From the NCBI GenBank assembly GCA_015680685.1, contig MNCI01001925.1, positions 213,356 through 277,355 on the forward strand: a stretch of DNA of 64,000 bases. The letters are read 5' to 3'. Each line of letters begins with the position of its first letter. The first letter of the stretch is position 1. The notes below the pieces were generated by a model. The model was given only the letters and a program-made list of their open reading frames with translations, made no database searches and was not told the DNA's origin. This document shows positions 1 to 12,906 of this stretch, in pieces. The position numbers were made by a program, and so were the translations under genes. This DNA is from Gnetum montanum. Taxonomy: Eukaryota; Plantae; Gnetophyta.

Positions 1-1546
1 ATAAACTAAGGTCTAAGATCTTCTAACCAATTTCAGCATGAGTGTTAGATATGCATAAAGCACCTACCTAAACATGTTGGTTTGTAACAATGATAAAAAT
101 TCGTGTGAAATCTTAAACATTAAACCACCATTAAAAAATCATGCATGAAAATAATAGTAAGTATAATTCCTAACAAGTGTTCTATTTGTTGTAACCAAAA
201 ATATCAACTGCTAGAAAGCTAAGGATTCTGAACTACAAATAACCTCAACCCCAAATCCCCAGGGTCTCTAAGAAAAATGGGATTTAGGATGCCTTGCATG
301 ATCCAGTAGATCATCTAGGGACTTAGGGGGATGCAAAATGGAGGTAATGAAGTAAAGAGATATAGATCTATAAAGTAATGCATTAAAAATACAACAATTA
401 AATCTGAAATTATATAAACTTTATTAGATAAATAAATAATGAGTTTAGAGATGTGCACAAAATTTGTGCCTAAGAAGAGGGCAAGGGGGGTTTCTTAAGT
501 GGGAGTTTCAAGTCCATTGATGCTAATAGAATCCATTTCATGATCTAGATACTCAGCCACTCTCAATGTTGTTGAATCTTCTCTGCTGCCACTTAAGATT
601 TGCAATTTTGGTCACTATTGAGGTTGAGAAATGTGAAGGATTGAAGTAGCCAAAATGCTCCATGTTGGGATTTGTGGATCCCAAAGGACAACATTGACAC
701 CCAGGGCTCAAAAATCCCAAGGGGAGGAGGGGTAATAGAAGTAACAAGGCTATAATGATTCTATGCTAGTAGGCCCTAAGAAGCTACATTTTTGCTAAGT
801 AGCAAGAGCTCTTGAATGCCTAAGATGTCAAATGCTCAGAAATGATAAAGTATGGAACCTTGAAATGATGTGGGGGTTTGGATTTTATAGGTCTTTGGCC
901 ATGATTTGGATTGCAAATATGCTACAAATGATTGATATATTGGGCTATAAATTGCTATAAATTTCTATCATGTCTAGGTGGGTAGGTGCCCAAAATTTTA
1001 AAAGGGGGGGGAGGGGGTGCAGTTACTATATATGGAAAGTGTCATATCCCCATGGCCATTTTGTTTATAAAAAATAGTAACAGAGGTGCACCTTCCACAT
1101 TAGCTTTTCTTGTTTCATGTTGGCATTGTAGGGTTCTTGCTAAAGTTGATGTGACATCAAAATCTTGGTCATGTTGCTTCTATACCAGGGAGGAGGTATT
1201 AACATTGGGATGAATCAAAGATCAATGCTAGGTTTCAAGGTCAAACCCTTCTATGCTAAGTATCATTCCAATTCTATGTTAGGGGTAGGTGAGATCCACC
1301 CCCTTGCATCCCTCTAGTTGGGAGTAGGTGACCCACACTACTCCACACTGGGGGTAGGTGGAACTTACCCACTACTAGTTTTTTCAATGTAGAAAAATGT
1401 ATACCCCTCATAAAATGCACATAATTTCCATTTTTAGCATCCCAAAAGGCATGTTTCACCCCCTAAGGCCCAAATATAGATACTAGATGGATCTTTTCAC
1501 TTGGGGAATGCAGCTCTTTTCAACCCCAAAAGTATGAAATATATTA
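1..1546 (-). repeat. Probable 3' LTR of element D (partial, runs off the window)
   Basis: A minus-strand PPT-like ATGAGGGGCAAT at ~1548-1559 resembles the AAAGAGGGGCCAT PPT of elements A and C. TATA-like CCTATAAAA on minus at ~882-891. No second LTR is available to confirm. Confidence 0.45.
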
Positions 1547-2599
1547 GATTGCCCCTCATGGATTACAATATTTACATTTACAATGAAGTTTTACCTTGGG
1601 TTTCATGAGGTGAAGGCTACACGATGAAAAATGTTTACAACATGCAAATTTTGGTCATGTTTCAATGGCTTCTCTTTGTTGGTGTCTAGAGGATTAACTT
1701 GAGAGGAATAACAAAGAATGCAAAACACCACTGTAGGTCCATCACTAATGTTCCCTCTTCATTCTTGATCTAGTCATGTTGAACCATGTCAAAGAGTGCT
1801 TGTGATGATGGGATAAAGCTATGATGAGATGGTGGTAATGGTCATTAGGAAGATGGTTATGGAGGATAATAATGCATTCCAAGTGTTATCATCATGGCTA
1901 TAGCATGATATTGACATATTTTGAAGTGTTTGTCACTTGGAAAATATGTTTGAGGATCCAATCACTTCGCTCCAAGATTTCTTTGGCCATTGGGTTTTGA
2001 GGCTGCATTGACCATTTGGACTCTTGGTAATATGCTTTCCCTTATTTTTCTATGGGGTGAAACCTTCATTAGGTCTCATTGCTAGGACTAGTTTGATATA
2101 CTTTTCTCATTGAATGAGTTGTGTGACATTCAACGACCTTGGGGCTTTCCCATCAAAGCAAAACATGTTATGCTCGATGGACTTAAAATTTTTCCCATCA
2201 AATGTCTTATGTTACATTCAAGTGAACTTGAGGATGAAGTACAATGAAGGGATTTCATAAGACCATAATGTATGAATGTCAAATATTGGTTAACATTGTT
2301 GTTTAGGGTCAAGAAGGCTTTAATGAGATTACAAGGTTGGGCTTAAGGCATCGTGCTAGATGGAGGGAAATAGTACAAGCACTCTTGGCATATTAGAAAA
2401 AACTTACCAAATCATGTACACCAAGGTAACGTAGTAACTTGCTTCCATGACGGGTTGTACTTTTGTGGTAGCTCCAAGCTTCATCCTACGAATACAACTC
2501 AAAGGGGACAAAAAGACCAAGCAAATAGAGCATGTTATAATAATAAAATGCATATAGGCCACATAGAGAATAGAAACAAGATACCTAGATTACCCATGT

Positions 2600-2720
2600 T
2601 TCTAGTTTAATGATGTGGTAGGCCATGGTGCCATTTTAAGGTTATAGTAGACTATGAAGCTAGTTTAAGGCCATGGTAGGCTATATTGCTGATTTAAGAT
2701 GTCGGTAGGTCATGGTAAAG
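2600..2720 (-). repeat. Short array (~4 units) of the TGCTAGTTTAAGG-type motif just 3' of element D pol
   Basis: ctagtttaatgatgtggtaggcc, ccattttaaggttatagtagac, gctagtttaaggccatggtaggc, gctgatttaagatgtcggtaggtc. Same position relative to the pol stop as the arrays in A, B and C. Confidence 0.7.
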
Positions 2721-2775
2721 TAGGCTTTCTTGTTGATGGTCATTGATGTTAAGGATCCTATAGGCTACATATGGG

Positions 2776-5700
2776 TCACATGTAATAAGGCTTTAGATAG
2801 GAATGGTTGACTAAATTGGCCAACTTATTCTCATCCATGTTTACAATCTTGAATGCTCCATTTCCATAGGCTCTAGTGACAAGGAAGGATCCTTCCAAGT
2901 TGGCTGAGAATTTATTTGCATGCTCATGGATGGCTTTGAGAACTAGGTCACCCTCCTTGATCTTACGCTTGATTAAGTTATGGGGGTGCTACCATTTTTG
3001 TGTCTCTTGATAGTGCAAGACATGGGCAAGTTCTTACATACATTTCTTCTCCACTAAGTCTAGCTCCACTATCCACAACTCCTTACTTTGTTCATCATTG
3101 ATGAAGTTGGTTAGGGCCACCTAAAGTGATGGTACATCAAATTAAAAAGGTAAAATAGCTTCAGAACCATAAACCAAGCTATAAGGTGTTACACCACTTA
3201 TTGTATGGTAAGTTGTATAATAGGCCCAAAGTGCATGGACAAGATACTCATGCCAATTGAGCTTTCTATTATTGAGCATATTCTTGAGCAAGTTGATGAT
3301 GGCCTTGTTACTTTTTTTGCTTGTCCATTGGCATGAGGGTAATAGGGCAATGAGAAATAATGCTTAATTCCTAGGTCTTAATAGAAAATATTTGTTTCTT
3401 GGCTGCTAAATTATGGTTCACTGTTTGTAAATATGGTTATGGGTGTGCAAAAATGAGCTATAATGTTATCTAGGATGAATTTATGGACTTTTTCATATGT
3501 AGTTTTCCTTAGGAGAATAGCTTTAACCCACTCAGTAAATTATTTAGTTGTGGTGATGATGAAGCTATTTCCCATAGAAGACTTAGATATTATAGGTTCG
3601 ATGATATCCAAAACACATCATTGAAATGAATAGGTTATCTAAGTTTTATGTAACTCAACTAGTGGTACATGTATAAGGTTGCTATGTCATTGGCACGTGT
3701 CATAACGCTTAACCTTCTACAAGCACTTAGTTTCCATATAGGGTCAATAATAGCCTAACCATCTAATCTTAGTGATCATAGCTCTAGGTCCTATATGCCC
3801 CCCACAAACACCCTCATGAACCTACTCTAAGACTTTTCTAGACTTGGCTTTACCTATGAACTTTAGCGATATGCCATCATAGGACCATCGACATAATATG
3901 TTATCACCTACTATGACATGTTGTTTTAATTATTTATGTATAGTGTCCTTTTGAGTAGTAGTTAGGCCTTGTGAGAATTCACCATGCATAAGATAAAATT
4001 TAATATTGTCATACCATTCTTTGGTAGGAGTAGTATGAACTACGACCATAGAGGTATCTATTGCACTCTACATGATGGAGATAGCATAGTTCACAATTAG
4101 GGTGGGTAACTAACTAAACACATCTAGTGTCACATTGAGGACTAATGTTATAATTGCATCTGCTATAGCATTCTCATTTCAAGGTATGCATTGGATATCA
4201 ATATTTGTAAATTATTTTAACAATTGCTTTCCTAGGTCACAGTAAAGTTGTAAATGTTTGGCTTTACATGCATAGACCTTGGTCACTTGGTTAACCACAA
4301 GTTGGAAATTTCCTTTAATCATTAATTATTTGATTTCTAGGTCATGAGCTACCATCATTACTTTGATCAAATCTTGATACTCCTATATATTGTTGGTACA
4401 TGAAAACTAATGACTCATGGTTTGCCAAGTGCTAATATCGGACCCCTGTTATTGGACCCTTGATATTAGGCACAATATATTAGGTTTGATGAGTCCCAAT
4501 ATAAGACCCTTGATATTGAACCCTCGATATCGGGTACACGATATTGTGACCTAACAAGCGATATTGGATACATGATATCGTGGTTCCTGTGTGAGCCTAT
4601 AAATACACAATGGGGCACATGGGAAAGGCATAGGAAGTTAGTATTAGAGTAGGATATTTTTGTCAATTTTTCCTCTTAACCCTTTCCTCAATGCATGCCC
4701 ACAGTGTGATGATTGTAATTGTATCGAACCTTTATTCAAGTGTGACATACTTGGACACACACATGACTGGAAATAAAGATCAAGATTACTTCATCATTAC
4801 AACATTCAGTTAATTTTAATTGTTATTTATTGCTTTCATAATTAATATTTCTCCACCTTCATCTCCTATCCTTGTTAGTAAATGTGGAATGAGTATGACT
4901 TAATCACAAGCATTTAAGTGTGACTACTTGGTATCCTAGTAGCATACCTAGAACATGCACTTGGTAGTCCTAGTGGTAGTACACGAGGTCCAAGATGTGT
5001 ATAGATGATTAAGGGATGGATGCTCATTGCACTTAGTCTAGCTTAGAGTCTCTTCACCCTTTCCCTCTTAGCTTAATTAAGGCTATTTTCCATTGCCTCT
5101 AGGAGTGGCACTAGTTTAGGACCATATCATATACCTCACTCTGGACTAAACCATATGTGACAAAGCAAATACTAGTCTAGGTGGGAAGACAGCGAACTAC
5201 AATCAATGAGTAACTATTTAGATATCACAACTAGTCCATCTGCAGAGTTCAACTAGATCATGTGTGAATGATCATATTCATATGATTGAGTGTATGGGTA
5301 CCTCGCCACTCATCAAAAACTCAAAATGATAGGTGAAGGATCAGATTTCACCATATGGAAATGTTACAATGGTAGTAACACTAGCCCCATGGGTAGTTGA
5401 AGCTTTGTCAAAGATCATGACCACCTCATAGCCCTTAGGCACTTAGCTAATGGAATTTATATATTCATTAAGAGACTCAAGATCTATGGCTACATGATCA
5501 TCAATAAGTGAAATAGTGAGTTGTATAGCTATAACTTCACCTTTCCTTGAGGATTGAGAGATGTAACGAAGGTCAAACTCTATGGTTATGGCATTCTGTT
5601 AGGCGATATAGTTACTTTCATAAATGTTGGTAATTATGTCTCTAAGCATGTTATATTTGAAAATGATGTTGACTTGGCTCTTGAAGAGGTAATATCTCAA

Positions 5701-6553
5701 ATTCTTTAATGAGAATACTAGTACTAGATAATAGTTCTCCACTTTAGTATATTGAGTCTTGTGGGTAAAAAATGCATGGCTAAGATGGGATACTAGCAAC
5801 TTTGCTCCATCATCATGTTTCTAATAGAGTAAAAAGATGATGAACATGTTAAAGATAGCAAGGTAAATGTAAAATGGTTTAATCTCTTTTAGAGGATAGA
5901 CCATTGGCAGTTGTACCAACTATTGCTTAAGTTTTTCAAAGGCCTACTAGCATTGAGCTATCCACTCATAGTGAGTCCCTTTCTTAAGTAAGTGTTACAT
6001 GGGTTGTAACTTATTCTTAACCCTAGCAATAAACCTATGAATAAATTGTAATTTTCCTTGTAATCCTCAAAGCTTTGTAAGGTTGGTAGGTGCTACTAAT
6101 TTGGATATGGCCTTCACCTTATTAGGATCAATATGAATCCCTGCTTCAAACACTACAAAACCAAGCATCTTATCAGTTAACACTGGAGACATACTTCTTG
6201 GGATTAAGCCTAAGCTTGTGTACTTAAGGCATAATTTGAACACATGATCTAGGTCATTAGCAAGGTCATTGGACACTTTGGACTTAATATCTATATTGTC
6301 TACGTAATCATTGAGCAAACCTAGCATGTAATTGATAAAGATATAGGTCATGAATCTCTAGTAAGTTGCTCCCACATTATTAAAGATAAAGGGAATCATT
6401 GTATAGAAAAAGGTACCCTAAGGAGTCATGAAGGTCATGCTAAGTTGGTGTTATATGTTGATCCTAATTTGATTGTATCCCAAGAATCCATCTATAAAGG
6501 ATAAGAAGGCATGTTCAGCCGTAGTATCGATAAGTGGATCAATACTAGGCAAA
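2776..6553 (-). pseudogene. pol: Element D: degenerate Tat-type Ty3/gypsy pol (RT-RH-aRH-INT), RT N-terminus missing, interrupted by a solo LTR
   Basis: Remnants LPSIDPLIDTTA..FIDGFLGYNQI, DYVDNI (RT), LVFSLKNLRYYL (RH), FSCTNN (aRH) and an integrase C-terminus ending YLKPYYM*. Many stops and frameshifts. Confidence 0.9.
4408..5315 (+). mobile_element. Solo LTR (908 bp) inserted in the aRH domain of element D
   Basis: 5-bp TSD AAAAC at 4403-4407 and 5316-5320. Termini TAATGACT...ACTCATCA (decayed TG...CA inverted ends). TATA cctataaata ~4597, AATAAA ~4772. Removing it restores the in-frame TYHFEFSCTNN. Confidence 0.85.
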
Positions 6554-9500
6554 TGATCAATGAAGGCCATTCTAAGGATTTTTCAATGGAGCTGATGTGG
6601 TCAACAAGACTCTCAGGCATAAGATCTAGAAAATTAAGGTTAATACATTACTTAACATCATCATGGGATCCATGTAGATACAAAGGCATAGTAATCTACT
6701 CCTAGGTACTTATACTTTCATCCTACATGTTAATCAAAAGAATATTTAGTAACACCTGGGTAGAAGTGAATAAACAATGTTAACATGCTATAAAATTATG
6801 CAAATACATGCTATTCTAATGCAAACAAGGTCATCCAAGACTATAAGAAGAGTAAAAATAAGAAACTAAGATGCAATAAGGGCTAGACAAAGGGCCAATA
6901 AGGCCACAAATGATCAACAAGGATCACAATTTTGCTAGTTTAAGATCTTAGTGGGCCATAATGACATGGTGTAAAATGGTGATTATGGAAGGTCAAACCA
7001 CATCACCAAATACCAATAAAAGGCTAAACAAGGCTATATAAGACTATAGTATAGAGAATCTAGCACTAACATATTGAGATAGGAAGTAGTAGTGAGGCTA
7101 AACAAGGTCAATAATGCAATAGGTCTTTATATGATAAGAAAAGGCCCCAAATAAGGTAAAGTGGGATATATTTGGTGAACCTCGGTAAAAAAATGATAAA
7201 AAATGGTTAGATTCTATCAATTTTAGGCCTTAGTGGGTCATGGCTTAAGGCTATAAGGATCATGAGTTAGTTTGTGCATCAATCAAGGTTGTTTCTAGGC
7301 TATTTGGACTAAAAAACTAAGGGTTTCAAAGCTTTCATGCTAGATCCTCCCTTGTTTCCATTATAGCTAGCATGGAAGGAATGATACCTAGCATGCATGA
7401 AACATCTAGAGGATTTTCAAGGCTTATTTTGACATAGTTGAATGGGGAAGGTCATAGGCTACGTTTGAGACTAGTTTCAATCTCCAGGACTTCTCTTTTT
7501 AACCTAAAAGTATCTTCCACATTGGTTCCATGATGGAAAGCATGGAGCCAATGTGGAAACCAAGGAAAACATGTTAGATGACATCCAAAGAGTCAAAATT
7601 AAGGTTCTGGGGCCTTCACAAGGTAGTGCAAGGCTAGAGCTATCAAAATTGATCATTGTGAGGGTCAAGAAAGGCTAAAAGATAGCTCTTAAAGTAATAT
7701 TCCCTTGTCTTCACATTGGCCAATGTGGATGGGGATGGGGGGCTTGGTGTAGAGAATTTAAATCTAGGCTAGAACCAAGTTTTCGTAGTTGTGCATCTCC
7801 TAGCTATGTTTTGAGGCCATCTTGATGAGATTTTGAGTGTTAAACTGAGCTTGAGGTAGTTGGCTACTATGAAGTAGAGGTGGAACCCTTGATTTTTAAT
7901 TTTAGGATGATCTGGATAGCAAATAAACTAGGTTTCTAGGCCCCTAGGGATACAAACTATGACTTCCAAAGTTTTTGGTCAATTTTAGTCATGTTTGAAG
8001 GTTGTTTAAGCCCATTCAAGGCTACACCCCCCTTGATCCATGTTTTGGGGTGTTTGGGGGGGGGGGGGGGGGGGGGGGGGNNNNGGGGGGGGGTGTTGTT
8101 GGTCTATCATGGAGGATGGGAGTTGATGAATTATATGTGCTAAAGCAAGGTTAAACTAGTGCAATATTAAGGCTATGGGATCCTAGGCTTCACTAGTGTA
8201 GGTTTTTAACCTCTCAGGTTGTTAACATGTTGTCAAAAGTGGAAAAGCAAAAATTTCATGCTAGCACCATACTAGCTAGCATGGAAGAAGGGGTGCCTAG
8301 AGTGAATAGATCATAAATACTAGATCTAGGCTAGTTTTTACCACAATCAATCATTAATGTTGGCTTGTGGGGTTGCCAATGTTAAGGCTTAGGATTAGAG
8401 TCAAAATCTAGCAGTTTCTAGGGTCTCTAAGTGGTTTTTTTGAGTTATATCTTTGGATTCACAGTTCTCCATGCTAGCCAATGTGGAGGAAATTAAAGGA
8501 TGGATTTTTTTCAATAGCTCTTGAACATGCATGTGTGTTTCTAGGGTCACTAGTGTCAATGGCTAAGGCTCATGATCAAGATTTGGTAATTTTGAAGGTT
8601 GTTAGGTAGTTTTTGGGTTGAACCACCTTATTCCATGTTGGCTCCACACTCACCAACATGGATGTAAAATTAAAGATTAAGGGGAAGTATTTTTTGATTA
8701 ATTTTGAATGTGCATGTCCATTCTTAGGATCATTAGTGCTGATGGTTAGAGCCTAGGATCAGAACCTAGCAATTTTGAGGGTCTCTTGAGAGTTTTTTAG
8801 GTTGCCTCTTTAGTTTCACATTGGCTCCACATTGGCCAATGTGGAACCAATGTAGAAAATCTTAGGAGGTTGAATTATGACTATTTAGGTCTAAATTTTT
8901 AAGCTTTGGCAACTCTCAGATGTGTGGACAGGGTTGTAGGATAAGTATAGGTTAGTTTCATATGATTTTGATGCATCTATGACCTCCCATGGACCTTCCT
9001 AGCTACATCTACACTAGTTCCATGCTGGTTAGCATGGAAGATAGGGATGCTCAATGTTGAGGCCAAGAAACTCATGAAACATGATCAATTTTGAGAAGTT
9101 TTAGCTACTAGACCCTCTAGGAAGGCTAGGTTGTTGATAGAAGTTCATTTGGAGGTAAATCTTGATAGATTTGGCTATTCCCCATCCATCCATGCTAGCT
9201 TCATGTTGGCTAGCATGGATAGGATCTCCTGCCACTATGGATGAACTTGGAGTCAAGTTTTTTGGCCAATTTCAATACATTTCAATAGGTTTTCAAGGTT
9301 GCTAGGGCTGTAGAGGATTAAGGGTCCTAATTTGATGTCAAAATAAATTAGTTTGAAGGCTCCTAGGTGTTCATTTAGTCATNNNNNNNNNNNNNNNNNN
9401 NNNNNNNNNNNNNNNNNNNNNNNNNNNNNNNNNNNNNNNNNNNNNNNNNNNNNNNNNNNNNNNNNNNNNNNNNNNNNNNNNNNNNNNNNNNNNNNNNNNN

Positions 9501-10133
9501 NGGGGGTGGTCGTAGTGGGGAAGGGAAGGAGGTAATGACTTTTGGCCTTTTCTAACCAATTTTATGATGTTTGAAGGGTCTAAGAAACATCGACAAGGTC
9601 TAGAGGTCACTAAGGTAGGCCATTGAGCTATTTCTAGCTATATAGAAGGTTATACTATACATCCCTAGCGCATTCATTCTAGCTCCATGTTGGCCAATAT
9701 GGAGAGGGAGGTTCACCAGTGAGGAGAAGCTTCAAGGATGAACATGTGGGCCCACTCTAGGGGTCAAATTTGGATGTGATGGGTACTAGGGGGTAAGAAT
9801 GGATGTCATCCCCTAGCTTCATGTAGGGCCATGTTTCCCCAACATGGAAACCCAAAGTCTCTAGTTTTAGTAAGGTCTAATCCCCTTTTGGGGCCTAGGA
9901 TTGAATGAGGTAGGTTACAATTTCTAAAAGTGGCAAGGGAGCTAGGTTTTAGGAGGTGGGATGCATGCATCGAAGTTGGAACTAGGTTGCCCAATGTGGA
10001 TGCATAGGGGTTAAGGCTAGACCATGACTTTAGAAGTTCCAAGGGGTTAAAACCCTAGCATTGATGGTGTTTTTGGTTTAAAAACACTGTGTATGAGGGT
10101 GTATGGTGGGGTCCATGGTCCACAATTTTAAGA
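6554..10133. repeat. Non-coding region rich in dispersed palindromes (CCACATTGGCCAATGTGG / CCATGCTAGCTAGCATGG); possibly the PR-RT spacer of element D
   Basis: More than 10 palindrome copies (~7518, 7712, 8470, 8634, 8826, 9020, 9190, 9684, 9828). TGCTAGTTTAAG motif at ~6934. Poly-G run at 8056-8093 and N gaps at 8081-8083 and 9383-9501. Confidence 0.5.
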
Positions 10134-10559
10134 ACTAGCTTATATATATATATTAATTGGCCGAGATGATTTTTAAGAAGATGATGTTAACCAAGTTTGA
10201 CTACTGGATGAGGTAACAAGACAACTAAAAGTGGAATCACTCATCCCTTCTTTCTTTCTCTACCACTTACCCAATTTAGTTTTACCCTCTTAGTCAGGTT
10301 TGTTCTATCTTTGTTTGTTCATATAATTTCTTAGAAATAAATTTCTTGCATAACTAATAGCTTAAAAATGCCATGAACAAACAAAGATAGAATGAACTTG
10401 ACTAAGAGGGTAAAACTAAGTTAGGTAAGTGGTAGAGAAATAGAGGAGGGATGAGTGATTTTGTTTTTAGTTATCTTGTTACCTTGTCTAGTAGTTGGGC
10501 TTGGTTAACATCATCCTTTTTAAAATCATTTTGGCCAATTGATATATATAAAAGCTAGT
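10134..10559. repeat. Long inverted repeat / foldback (arms 10134-10322 and 10373-10559, 50-nt loop)
   Basis: The arms are reverse complements at roughly 85% identity. Outer ends read ACTAGCT...AGCTAGT. Confidence 0.95.
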
Positions 10560-10984
10560 GGAGAAATTTCATAGGGTATGAGTAGAATTTAATTATTTTT
10601 TAAAGTTTTTAAGTTATTAATTATCATTATAAAGGATATAGTTATAAATGTTTAGGCTATTAAAATATTAATAGACCTATTTAAATAACATCACTATTTA
10701 CATTTCAAATAATATATACTAGTAAACATAAATTGGTAGAAATAAAAGTTCATATATTTCATATATGTTGATGAAGGAATACATTACATAATTATTGCAA
10801 CAAACATTACAAAGTTGTAAAATAGGATTGAGAAAAAGGCAAAATACAGTGATAAGTGTGAACTCAATATTCCTAATCCTTGAATTAAGTAAAATGAAAT
10901 TCCTATGCAATTCTACTATGGAGATGTTTAGCATTTGAAATATTTCTATATCTTTGCACAAAGAAAGGAGGATGAATCTTCAAA

Positions 10985-12420
10985 TAATTAATGGTCTTGA
11001 CTCAAGATAATGCAACAAACATTAGACATGTAACTTCTCTTGAACCAATGTCAATAGTACCCTTATCTAGTGTCATTCCTTGAGATTTATTAATAGTTAT
11101 GGTCCATGCCAACCATAATAGTAATTTACACAATGCTCCTCGGACCATAGGTATAATTGGCACATGATGAGGATTACCATTATCAAAGGGACATCCGATG
11201 TAGGAGTCAAAATTAACAACAACGTATGATGGTAATGCAAATGGCTATTTACCTAGATGATACATAATAATGTGGATCGTTTCAAGTGCAGCATTCACCA
11301 ATCCTACTTTAGGCCAAAGGTTAATTATGAGCATAACCTTTGCACCTTCACATATAAGCAAAGATTGCTTAATATCATCATTGTCATCATCTAAGATTTT
11401 AAATCCATGGGGATCTCTATCTACTACACAAACAATAATGGGCCTTTGCATTGTTTGCAACATCTTCTTATTATGTGATTGGACTTTATCCTTCATATCA
11501 TATAAATGCATTGATTTTTCAAAATTTTCTAATCCACTTGAAGTGGATTGAGGATTCATTCAATTAGCCAAGAAATTATAATCTTCATCATGGCGTTTTC
11601 CTTCTCTAATATGCATTAATACTTCCTTGACACTTTGTTGTTGAGGATCAGTTCTAGACTAATAAAAAACTGCATCTAAAATAACAAAGGTATGAAATGA
11701 TTGTCAAACCCCTATAATATCTTGATTCTTGCATGAGTAAGGCACAACATCAAGCATAGGAGAAAGTTAATCTATAGCACCTATTAGTATAACTGATCTC
11801 CCTCCAAAAACTTCATTTTGATTCTCTGGAAAATATCTCTTAGTTTTCTACCAATTATTTGTAATAATCTTCCTTCCAAAAAACTCATTTCATCAATTAT
11901 TATATATCTTACTTGTGTATGTTGACATTGTATACATATCTTTATAGAGGAAGAGTGTTCATTGTAGGCATCTATTTCAATGCTCAAACTAGATGAATGG
12001 TTGCTATGTTAATGTTAAATGCCACAGCTCCTATGGATGCCATGACAAGTAAAGCATTATTTTTTTCATGGTAGTATTTAATGAAATTATTACAAAGTGC
12101 ACCTATGAGAAATGAATTTCTAGTACCAACTGTTCCCTAGATAATCATTCATTAAGGGGAAACAACTTCATTCATTGACTATGAAAACATCATGTGGCCT
12201 ACAATTTTATTGTAGCATTTCTTTTGGTTTGCATCTAGCTTATTAGAATTATAGACACTATAGTCATGATCAATAACAATCATTGAGTGAGATGCATTAT
12301 TGTTGGTAATAAAGATTGTAGTGAACTTTGCAACATCCTCTCTTGGATACAATAACATAAATCCATGCATTCTATCAACATCTCATAGGCCAAGCATCTC
12401 TAATATTGTTCTATGAAAAT
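10985..12420 (-). pseudogene. Degenerate PIF1-family SF1B helicase, C-terminal part of a Helitron-like RepHel
   Basis: Motifs in order on minus: II*GTVGTRNSFLI (Walker A), VAFNINIATIH, IIIDEMSF, FGGRSVILIG, GAKVMLIINLWPKVGLVN, LAWTITINKSQGMTLDKGTIDIG, FVALS*VK. No HUH/Rep domain in the window. Confidence 0.85.
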
Positions 12421-12906
12421 GACCTATTGATAAGAGACAATGGTTTAAGATTTCAAAATAATATTCCTCATGATCTTGCACCTAGGGCATTACATCTACA
12501 AATCAATGAGGTAAGGGGTGTAACTTTCATGTCTTGAATAACATGGAACACCCCTGCAGCATAGCACCACTGTAGCGTAACATGTTCCCGCTGCAGCATA
12601 GCACTTGGCTACAGCGTAGCAAGTGGATCCACCGAAATTTTCACTCCACCTCTACAGGTTTTACATTGTTACGATCTGCCAGAACCTTAAACTAGAAACC
12701 TTAACCTCCTTTACATTTTAAACTTGTTATGATCCGCTAAGACCTTAAACTAGCAATTTGAATTTAGAAATTTTGTATAGTAGCGATCTGCTAAGACCTT
12801 AAACTGGCAACTATCTTATGTTGCATTATTTATTTACATATATTCATTACATACTATTGATTCAAACAAGTATCACTTGACTTGGCCTATTTGCTTATTG
12901 TGATAG

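Noticed and set aside
8056-8093. Poly-G tract as a functional G-quadruplex
   Set aside because: It contains Ns, so its length and sequence are unreliable.
9353-9610. ORFs spanning the N run
   Set aside because: Artefacts of the assembly gap at 9383-9501.
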